Shown: positions 48,124 through 58,944 of the stretch, in pieces
How positions within the stretch are numbered: position 1 is the stretch's first letter
Layout: each line of letters opens with the position of its first letter
Assembly (NCBI RefSeq): GCF_046119375.1
Contig: NW_027362770.1
Location: 172,112,001 to 172,176,000, forward strand
Origin: Phyllobates terribilis
Taxonomy: Eukaryota
Direction of reading: 5' to 3'
DNA length: 64,000 nt
Program-made: the position numbers and the translations under genes
Notes under the pieces: model-generated
Told to the model about the DNA's origin: nothing
The model's input: only the letters and a program-made list of their open reading frames with translations
The model's database searches: none

Positions 48124-48648
48124 TATTTTAGAAATTACTGGGGGGTTTTTTCACTCGAGCCCAAAATAATTGATCCCAGAGCAATATAAGTGAAATTGCA
48201 ATTGATTGTACAACCTGATTGATCAGACCATGTTGACATGGCTGCTAAGACCGGTTTGACCTGGATATATTATTTTCGTCTATGTTGCAATCCAGTCTTT
48301 TACTGTGGTTGGAATGAACTAACTAAAGACCCATAATAAAGATAAAAGATCTGTCAACAGCAGTTTGCTGATGGTTTCCATTTGTCAAAATAAGAACAAA
48401 CTTGAAAAAAAAAAAAGTGAATGTATGAATAATAGTTTGGGATTTTCTTGAGTTTACATTTGGTAAATGTAAATCCAAAATATATCAAAAGTGAAGCGTC
48501 CCTTTCCACAGATCTATTGATAATTCCTCGATCGTACCCGATCAATCAGACTTTTTATTATCCAGTGGGTAAGACGTGATATTTCTTCTCGGGTAGATTT
48601 CTTTCTTGTGTCTTTGGTGCAATCTACTTGCAAAAGACTATATACACA

Positions 48649-51381
48649 TCTATATATATATATATAATCGTCTTGTCCCGTCTGTCTGTCTGTCCAGGAA
48701 ATCCCGCGTCGCTCATTGGTCCGGCAGCGGCCAATCAGCGCCGCGGGATTTCTGAAAAAAGATGGTGGCCGTTAGCGGCTCATCTGTGGGACGGAGCTGA
48801 GCGGCGATGCAGCCGGGAGATGAGCGCCGCGAGGCGCTCATCTCCCGGCCGGCAACAGCAGAAGGAACCCGACCGCCGGACCCATCTGCGGGACGGAGAT
48901 GCAGCCGGGAGATGAGCGGCGCGAGGCGCTCATCTCCCGGCCGGTAGCAGCGGAAGGACCGCCGGCGCCGCTGACCTCCATGCGGAAAGGAGGACCGGGG
49001 AGCGGCGCTGCGGGTCGGGATACTTCTGCTGCGAGCGCCCGCTATGTCCCGGGTTCTCACAGCGTAAGTACCCGCACAGGCAGCGCCGCTCCCCGGTCCT
49101 CACCAAGACGATTCGATGATTGGTCGCTGTCTTCGGACCCGACCCATCACTGATCTTAGCGCAAAAGTTAAACACCGCTGTGCTGATTGGTCGCCGACGC
49201 TGCCCGCGACCAATCACCGATTTGGGCGCCACATTTAAATAGCGGGCGCGACCAATCAGCACAGTAGTGTTTAACTTTCGCCGCAAGATCAGTGATTGGT
49301 CGCGGGCCAAGTCCGCGACCAATCACTGATTTGTGCGGCACATTTAAATAGCGCCCGCGACCAATTGGATGTCAGCGCCGCTCCCCGGTCCTCCCTTCAC
49401 GCCCTAGCCGCATGGATGTCAGCGGCGCTGCCTGTGCGGATACTTCCGCTCCGAGAACCCGGGACATGAGCGGGCGCTCGCAGCAGAAGTATCCCGACCC
49501 GCAGCGCCGCTCCCCGGTCCCCCCTTCACACCCTAGCCGCTGATGTCCCCACAGTATCAGCATGGTGTTACAAAGGTCCGGACATTTGTGTTAAAAATCG
49601 CTGATTGGTCGCAGGCGCTGCCCGCGACCAATCACCGATTTGGGCGCCAAATTTAATTATCGACCGCGACCAATCACCGATCTTGGCTCCACATTTAAAC
49701 ACCGCTGTGCTGATTGGTCGCGAACGCTATTTAAATGTGCCGCCAAAATCGGTGATTGGTCGCGCACAGCGTCGGCGACCAATCAGCACAGCAGTGTTTA
49801 AAGGTGGAGCCAAGATCGGTGATTGGTCGCGGCCGATATTTAAATTTGGCGCCCAAATCGGTGATTGGTCGCTGGCAGCGTCAGCGACCAATCAGCGATT
49901 TTTAACACAAATGTCCGGACCTTTGTAACACCAGGCGGATACTGTGGGGACATCAGCGGCTAGGGAGTCAAGGGAGGACCGGGGAGCGGCGCTGCAGGTC
50001 AGGATACTTCTGCTGCGACCGCCCGCTCATGTCCCGGGTTCTCAGAGCGGAAGTACCCGCACAGGCAGCGGCGCTCCCCGCTCCTCACTAATACGATTCC
50101 GCTCCCCGCTCCTCACCAATATGATTCGCTGATTGGTCGCGCTCTCCACACCCGACCAATCCGTGATCTTGGCACTAAAGTTAAACATCGCTCTGCTGAT
50201 TGGTCGCGGACGCTGCCCGCGACCAATCACCGATTTGGGCGCCACATTTAAATAGCGGCCGCGACCAATCACCGATCTTACCGCCACATTTAAACACTGC
50301 TGTGCTAATTGGTCGCGGACGCCAGCCGCGACCAATCAGCGAGCTTGGCGCCAAACTTAAACAACGCTCTGCTGATTGGTCGCGGACGGCAGATGCGTTC
50401 AATCAGCAGTATTGGCGCAAAATTTAAACACCGCTCTGCTGATTGGTCGCGGTTGTCGGCCGTGACCAATCAGCAGTATTGCCGCCAAATTTAAACCTCA
50501 CTCTGCTGATTGGTCGCAACCACCGGCCGCGACCAATCTGCGTTTTTTGTGCCAAATTTAAACAACGCTCTGCTGATTGGTTGAGGCCGCCAGCCGCGAC
50601 TAATCAGCGATTTTGGCGCCAAATTTAAACCCCGCTCTGCATCTTTCTGCTGATTGGTCGCGGTCGCCAGCCGCGACCAATCAGCAGTATTGTCGCCAAA
50701 TTTAAACACCTCCCGGTCGCGACTAATCAACGATTTTGGTGCCAAATTTAAACACGCTCTCCAGTCCTCACTAACACGGTTTGCTGATTGGTCGCGGCGT
50801 CGGCCGCGACCAATCAGCGAGATTGGCGCCAAATTTAAACAACGCCCTGCTGATTGGTCGCGGTCATCAGCCGCGACTAATCTGCGATTTTGGGGCCAAA
50901 TTTAAACCCCGCTCTGCTGATTGGTCGCGGTGGCCGGCCGCGACCAAGCAGCGAAATTGGCGCCAAATTTAAACACCGCTCTGCTGATTGGTCGCGGTTA
51001 CCGGTCTCGAATAATCAGCATTATTAGTGCCAAATTTAAACACCGCTCTGCTGATTGGTCACGGCCGCGACCAATCGCCATTATTGGCGCCAAATTTAAA
51101 TACCGCTCTGCTGATTGTTCGCGGCCAGTGAGCGTGACCAATCAGCATTATTGGCGCCAAATTTAAACCCCGCTCTGCTGATTAGTCGCGACCGCCGGCC
51201 GTGACCAATCTGCGATATAGGCGCCAAATTTTAACACCGCTTTGCTGATTGGTCACGGTTGCCGGCCTCGACCAATCAGCGATTTTGGCGCTAAATTTAA
51301 ACACAGCTCTGCTGATTGCGCCCGGTCGGCCGCATACCTATTCTAGAATACCCGATGCATTAGAATCGTGCCACCATCTAG
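48649..51381 (+). mobile_element. Non-autonomous Helitron with repetitive palindromic cargo
   Basis: 5' TC preceded by A, followed by (TA)n and CTGTCTGTCTGT. Subterminal hairpin CCCGAT-N8-ATCGTG at 51351-51370. 3' CTAG followed by T, with no TSD. No Rep/helicase coding sequence seen. Confidence 0.85.
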
Positions 51382-52529
51382 TAATAAGTATAAAAGAACT
51401 ATCAACGGCAGCTTGCTGATGGTTTCCACTTAAACTATTTTTTAACCGAGGGGGGGAGTGAAACAAGCTAATTAGGAGTCAAAAATAATGGAAGGTGGAG
51501 TGATGTACAGTAGAAAGAACATAGATTTCAATGGGTCTGTATTGATCTGCAATTGATTGTACAACCAAGTTGACCAGATCCAATTGACAGGACACTCCTT
51601 GGATACATAATTTTCTGTCTTTGTTGAAAATCACCACAGCAAGCTCCTTTTTACTGTACTTGAAAAAACCTAACTAAAGACATAATAATTATGGGATCTG
51701 TCAACAGAAACTTGCTGATGGTTTCCTTTAAGCAAAATTTGAAAAATTACAAATAAATGAATATATATTCCAGAGATTTTTAATTTTATTTTTGCAGAAT
51801 GTTTGCCCAGGACGGTCCCGGGCGTATCAAGGAAGTTACGACATTGTCTCTTTGTCATTGCCCGGATTAGTCCTAATCTAAAATATGATAATAGTGGCAC
51901 AATATATGCAGAGCGGGAAAAAAACTAAAATTAATATGAAGGGTGATGCCATTACACACGTCTCGCCCGCTACACCCTCCATAATTACCTCCTCAATTAG
52001 GCACAGACGCATCGGCGAAATATTCAATTAATTGCAATTGAAAGTCCTAGTGTCAGTCTGCTGCTGGAAAGCCGGGAAGAAAATGTAATGGCGGCTGTTA
52101 CACTGGGATTATACAGCTGGATGGGAGAGGAGGCAGGGATTGGAAATGTCTCTTTAATCCGTACCTGAATAAAGGTTTACATGTTTCAATTTATCAATTT
52201 TAAAAAAAATCTCTGCTTGTCAGTGAATCAAAACATGGGGGGGGCAAAAACAGTGCTCTGACACGGGGAGGGGAGCAAACTGAAAGATTGAATGAAAGAA
52301 ATCTTTATGACTTGTAGTAACCTGAACAGACTTAGTTCTTCTCACAGCTGAGAGTTTGCTACTGTTGCATCCAATCTAGGCAAACATGATCTGGTTAAAC
52401 GGGTTTATCGAGTGTTTCTGAGAATGGGGGTCCTGTGTCCTCGATGTGAGGGGACCAAAAGTGACCATCATTCCATTTCTTGTCTTTGGAAGGGGATGGT
52501 CATTAATAGGAAGTAAAAAGAAACTGAAA

Positions 52530-53200
52530 GGTGTCACGCATGCGCATTACTGCTCCCATAGAAGTGAATGGAGGGATGAAAGACATGCGCAACTATAGAA
52601 GTGTCACACATTACTCCTCCCATAGAAGTAAATGGAGAGATGTCACGCATGCATATTACTGCGCCCATAGATGTAAATGGAGAGGTGTCACACATGCACA
52701 TTACCGTTCCCATAAAAGTAAATTGAGAGGTGTCACGCATGCGCATTGCTGTTCCCATAGAAGTTAATGTAGAGATGTCATACATGTGCATTACCGGTCC
52801 AATAGAAGTAAATGGAAAGATGTCACGCATGCGTATTACTGCTCCCGTAGATGTAAATGGAGAGGTGTCATGCATGCGCATTACCATTCCCATAGACGTA
52901 AATGGAGAGGTGTCACGTATGTGCATTGCTGTTCCCATAAAAGTTAATGGAGAGATGTCACACATGCGTATTACCGTTCCAATAGAAGGAAATGGAGAGA
53001 TGTCACGCATGTGCATTACTGCTCCCATAGATATAAAAGGAGAGGTGTTATGCATGCGCATTATCATTCCCATACAATTAAATGGAGAGATGTGACACAT
53101 GCGCATTACTATTCCCATAGAGGTAATCTGAAAGATGTCACACATGCGCATTACCGCTCCCATAGAAGTAAAAGGAGAGGTGTCACACCTGCGCATTACT
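52530..53200. repeat. Degenerate 45-bp minisatellite
   Basis: AATGGAGAGATGTCACGCATGCGCATTACTGCTCCCATAGAAGTA-like unit, about 15 copies; the 15-aa periodicity of ORF 52534..53196 confirms the period. Confidence 0.88.
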
Positions 53201-54939
53201 GTTTTTGAGATCGATGAGGATCTTTTTGGTTAGACCGCCTTTGATCATTTGTCACCTAAAGGCCGGTGTAGACCCGCTCCCAGTAAAGCACATGGTTGCT
53301 GGGATTAGGCGCTGTTATATGACTGGTTGTTATGGTTACTGCTTCAATTTTCCTCGGTGCCGATTCTGTTACGTCTCCGCCATAATTTTTTTTACACATT
53401 TTATAGGGTTTATTAATATCAACGAGTCAAAGCCTCTCTAAAAGGCCACACTAGTTAAGGCTGTTTGTCCATAGCAACCAGTCAGTCACAAAGAAAATCA
53501 GCCATTATTCTTAAAGGGATAGAGCAGCAGCCTCAGCGTATCATTCTACCCTATGTATTAATCTGATTTTTCTGAAAGAGTAATCTTGGATGGAGAATTC
53601 CTTTAAGGTGCGTGGCCCTTTAAATTCCATAAAATAATGAAAATGAGAGAATTTCTGGTTGCTGGTACTGAGGGGGGAAATGTCAGACGGCAGGTAAGGA
53701 ACAACACAGGAGCCATTGTGCTAGGCCCCGGCTGTGCGGGGAGCAGAATAGGAGGTCAGTGTTTCTGTGTCTTGTGTACTCAAGGATCGGGGGTCACTGA
53801 GGTCTCCTCCACCTGAAGAAGGTCTGAGGTGGGGTGTTAACAGGAAGAGCGGCGGGGAGGGCGGCTGTACAGAGGACCATAGTTGTCAGAGGTATTCACA
53901 ATTATGTACGAAACCTTCGCAGCACAGGGGTCTATTTATACCAGGCGCTCGGCACTACACCGGGGGGGGGTGAGATCCCATCACATCCATGAAATAATAC
54001 CAGCCGGGCCGCTGACAAGGAGGCCCTGTCTGTGATGACTACAGCTTTACTACATTTACCCGTTTGTGCTTTGTGGCCTCGAATAATGAACAAATCAAAA
54101 TAATGCAAATATCATTAGGGAAAAGCGTCCCTGAAAAATTTTCTTAAAGGGGATTTTTCACTCACACAAAAAAAAAATAGCCAAAGCGGGGTAAATCAGG
54201 AGTTAGGGAAGCGGCTAAAGTTTGGCCATTCTGTGTCTTTTACGTACAAACATATTGGCATTTTTCTGCTTTGTTGTGGCAGCCATTTTGGAAAAAGGAC
54301 AACAGGAAGTGCTATCAGATTGGCTGTCACCTTCGATTATTATTTTATTTTTTTTATGAAACATGGTGATAAAATGGTAGGAGATGGCGACAGACAGTGA
54401 TTTCAGATTTAATTAGAGGCAAAAACTTTACTCACCGAACCTCCAGCCATCAATGACAGTTCTTAACCCCTTCCTAGATGTGAACACATTCACTGACAGC
54501 AAGCAGAGATCTTGACATAAAATTGTAAACAATAAGGCAAGAAGATGGGAATGAGCCGATTATCTGTAATCTATAGACAGGAGATAAGTGGCCACCGGTC
54601 ATGTGGGGCACCGCTTATCACAAATTGATGTACCCTCACCCCAAAAGTAAATATTCAGAGGTCAGAGAACAGCCCCCAAGCCGTGGCTGTCCCTCTATGT
54701 GATATAGGTAACCTCAAGACTATTTCCATTCTCTCCAGAGATAAGATCTCTGTTTTATCAGACAATGTAAAAAGTAAATCAGCCATTGGTTTGTGTGCAG
54801 TGCTGGGCATAAACTGATTATGGAGGAAGAGATAATCAGGAGACACCTTCTAGTCACCCAAATACTGGAAGGGTCTGACCCCTCTAATTTTTATAGGTAA
54901 CATGTAGCAAGATTAGCCTGACATTGACACTGGGGTACA

Positions 54940-55412
54940 TGCTAATGACACTGAGGCTACAGGTTAATGACACTTGGGGTACAGGATAATGACACTGAGG
55001 GTACAGGATAATGGCGCTGACACTCGGGTACAGGATAATGACTCTGAGGATACAGGATAATGACACTCGGGGTACAGGATAATGACACTGACGCTTGGGT
55101 ACAGGATAATGACAGTGAGGATACAGGATAATGACACTCAGGGTACAGGATAATGACACTGACACTGGGGGTACAGGATAATGACACTGAGGATACAGGA
55201 TAATGACACTCGGGGTACAGGATAATGACACTGAAGGTACAGGATAATGACACTGACACTCTGGGTACAGGATAATGACACTTGGGGTACAGGATAATGA
55301 CACTGACACTCGGGTACAGGATAATGACACTGATGCTGAGGGTACGGGATAATGACACTGGGGGTACAGGATAATGATACTGACACTGGGGGTACAGGAT
55401 AATGACACTGAC
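54940..55412. repeat. 21-27-bp minisatellite
   Basis: GGGTACAGGATAATGACACTGA repeated with an optional CACTGA duplication. Confidence 0.9.
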
Positions 55413-57225
55413 AAGTATTCACTTGTTGGTGGATCCCGCTGATGTTTATGGAAAGCCCCTTTAAATCTGAATTCTAGGGATGTCACCTGAATTAACCTGA
55501 TTCCTATCTTCCTCTATAAATTCCAGGACAAATTCCTGAGAATTCCATCACGGTGTATCCAAAAATAGACCCAACCCTCTCATCTGACCTGGGACACAGG
55601 TTTTCGGGGTGCTGCGGCATGCTGCCTCATTGCCTTTCAGGTCATTATATCACAGGCGCTCCAGTCCCAGCTGTTCAAATCCTGGGCTCCCATGGGGCAG
55701 AGACATTTACATTCCTATTGTGCTGCTCATTTCACTATCACTCGCTTTTACATAGTGTGTTTATGTAATTTTGGGCTGTTCACGCCTTGCTGCATTCTCC
55801 CGGAGAGAGTCAACACACCTTGGAGTCCCGGCTAATTGACTTTAATGATTTATAGGGCATGTAGACTTTAATAAATAAAAAAAAATTGGTATGCGGTCCC
55901 CCTAATTTTTACTAACCAGCAGAGGGCTGGTGTTAGTATTCTGGGAAGGGGCCCCTTCCAAGCCTATTAAGATCAGTCCAAAGCTGTCTGTTTAGCCTTC
56001 GCTGGTTGTTAAAAATAGGGGGGACGCCACGTCAGTTTTTTATGGGGTCCTCCCTTTTTAATAACCAGTAAAGGCTACGCAGACAGTTGTGAGCTGTTAT
56101 TAATAGGCTGGGAACCTTTATGGATATTGACCCCTTCCCAGAATAATAACACCAGCCCCTAGCTGTATGCTTTTCCTCAGCTGGTTAATAAAAATAAGGG
56201 GGGCCCCACGCCATTTTTTTCTTATTTATTCAAGAAATACAAGTACAGAAAACTACACTCGCAAAGCACTGATTATATATCACACTGACATATTTCTATC
56301 TATGTTCCTCATTGCTATCTATTTCTAAATTAATTTCTTTAATACATAACACTCTTTAATTTCTATGCTGCATTTCATTCCATACTTGTCACACTGACAG
56401 CACACGGACACACGGGTACGGACAGCAAACAGACACATGGATGTCACATACGTACACACAGATGGCACACAGATACGGACCAAGTACCGGAATCACCAGA
56501 ACGTGTGAAGGGGGCATGAATATAGGACCTGACTACACAGGGATTGTTTGTAGTCTGTTACCATGGAGACACCTAGTTTTTAATTTGAGCTGTAGACAAA
56601 GCAGTATTAGATTATTAATCTACACCACTCTCCCCTCTTTTTTTGAGCTTCCTTGACATTCCAGGAGAGATGACAATTATGGAATACCCCTTTAAACAAC
56701 CTGTCTATTATATAATTGGGGTCTCTTCTCTATCAGGGGGCCATATGTCCAGCCGGGTTGGGGCAAAACTTATTATATCGCTGATCGTTGCACCCTATGA
56801 TTTGGGGAGGCTGGCTAATCGATCCTGACTGCCCCAGATGTCAGGGCAAAAAGGATTGGGTAGTTCGGTTTCAACATGCCCGATCCTATTTTGTCAAGGA
56901 CTAGATTACGCCACTGGAGGTCTTCCTTGCCCTGGAAGAACACACGTACACTCAGCTAAACTGAAAGTGCATATTTGTGAAGGATTTTTGGGAGGGGGTG
57001 TACTAGCTGTTGGCCGAATGATCATTCAACCATCAGTTATCTAAGGTGTACCACCACTCTAAAAAGGGCAGGATGAATCTCATCAGGTTACTAATCAGTA
57101 AGCCACAAGATGGCCGCCTTTTAATATGGATGTAAATGAACAGATGCTAATCATGACCTGGATACGTGCTTCACACCTGAATTAAGAAGTGTAAAAATGT
57201 CACCACCTCCCTGATCTTCTCCTAC

Positions 57226-57460
57226 AAGAGAATGCCAAGAGTGTGCAAAGCAGTCATCAAAGCAAAAGGTGGCTACTTTGAAGAACCTAGAATATAAGAC
57301 ATATTTTCAGTTGTTTCACTCTTTTTTGTTAAGTATATAATTCCACATGTGTTAATTCATAGTTTTGATGCCTTCAGTGTGAATGTACAATTTTCATAGT
57401 CATGAAAATACAGAAAAATCTTTAAATGAGAAGGTGTGTCCAAACTTTTGGTCTGTACTG
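57226..57460 (+). mobile_element. 3' fragment of a second Tc1 family
   Basis: Encodes MPRVCKAVIKAKGGYFEEPRI* and ends ...CAAACTTTTGGTCTGTACTG|TA. Confidence 0.8.
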
Positions 57461-57464
57461 TATA

Positions 57465-57585
57465 TTCCAAAGACATTCTGATAGGGAATTTACATTGTAA
57501 GCCCCAATGGGAACATTGCTGATAATGTCTATAAAGTGCTGTGGAATTAATGGCGTTATATAAGCGAGTAAAATAAATAAATAAA
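57465..57585 (+). mobile_element. L2/SINE-type 3' tail
   Basis: TAAAGTGCTGTGGAATTAATGGCGTTATATA followed by (AAAT)n. Confidence 0.6.
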
Positions 57586-58199
57586 ATATATATATATTGC
57601 TTTTTTTGCGGGGGGAGGCACCTCACTTTTCCCTAAAAATACAATAAAAAGCCATTACAATATCATATTTACCAAAAAATGATAACAATAAAGCTGTCAG
57701 CTCCGCATGCAAAAAACAACAAGCCCTCGCACAGCTGCACCAATGGAAAGAATAAAATGGCGACGTATTTTTTTTGTTTATACGTTTTTGGATTGTTTGA
57801 ACCTGTAGTTTATATAATGTAGGTTTGGTGTCGCCGTTATAGCACCGACTTGTAGAATCGAGTTTCCTGGTCATTTTTAGAGCGCAATAAACACAGTAAA
57901 AACAAAACCCGAACAACAATGACGGAATTACGGGTTTTTTTTTACCATTTTAGCCCACTTGGAATTTTTTTTTCAGTACATTATAGGGTAAAACAATTGG
58001 CGTCATTCAAACCTACAACTGATCAAGCCGTAATATGGTGATGGAAAAATAAAAGAGTTATGGCGAAGGAAAAATAATAATAATAAAAAAGTCATTAAGG
58101 GGTTAACAGGCAGGAGTCTGATTGCCTCTATCAGCAGCAGGTGATAATAGATTTGTTCTCTCCTATAATAAACACATTATAAGGAGCATCCTCAGAATA

Positions 58200-58560
58200 A
58201 ACTGCTCAAAGTACACACGGGGGCGGAGCCTGCTCTGTGTTTGGCTGCCCAGATATTCTTGTCCTTATCTCATTGGTCGCGCCATCTTCTCTCTGCCGCT
58301 CATTGGTCTTTAGAAACGTCAGTCAACTCCCTGACACTCTCGCCGCGCCTCGTGATTGGCTGGCGGAGTTATCAAAACAGAAGCAGCCCCGCCCACATTC
58401 CAGGGAACTACAGCTGGTTCTAACATCGGGGCATGGAACGTGCGCTGATTGGCTGAAGATAAAGCCGTTAGGAGAATAGCGGACGGTGATTGGACGGGAT
58501 TGAGACGGGGCGTGTTTTGTGTTCAGGAGGCCGGGCGTGGGCTGAGTAAGGCTGTCAGTC
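58200..58560 (+). promoter_or_regulatory. creb3l2: creb3l2 CpG-rich promoter with five ATTGG (inverted CCAAT) boxes and GC boxes
   Basis: ATTGG at 58272, 58302, 58355, 58448 and 58489; GGGGGCGGAG near 58220; GGGGCGTG near 58508. Confidence 0.7.
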
Positions 58561-58848
58561 TGAGCCTGGACTTTGTAGAGGGAGGGTCTCTCTTCTGTGC
58601 ACTGACTATTACTACCTTGACCTCCCACTGGACCGTACAGACCCTCACACTGGACTGAAGCCACTGTACTCCCATTATTCTCCATAGCAACACTGCCCCT
58701 GCCTTCACCTACAGGAGACTCCTCCATTACCAAAAAAATCCTGACTTATTACCCCCTCCTGTCCCTTTAAACTGTTCTGATCAGCTGATCGCCTCTGATC
58801 AGTGCAGAATTATCAGGATCCAGTTGCAATTAACCCTTTGTGTTGATT

Positions 58849-58944
58849 ATGGAGATACTGGAGAGCGGAGACCCCGTCATACAATGGGACCGTAAGCTGA
58901 GCGAGCTGTCCGAGGGGGCCGAGAGCGACTCGCTCTACAATACG
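58849..58944 (+). CDS. creb3l2: CREB3L2 (BBF2H7) first coding exon; remainder of the gene not found in the window
   Basis: MEILESGDPVIQWDRKLSELSEGAESDSLYNT followed by donor ACG|GTAAGA. Matches the recalled human N-terminus MEVLESGEQGVLQWDRKLSELSEPGDGEALMYHT. Confidence 0.92.
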
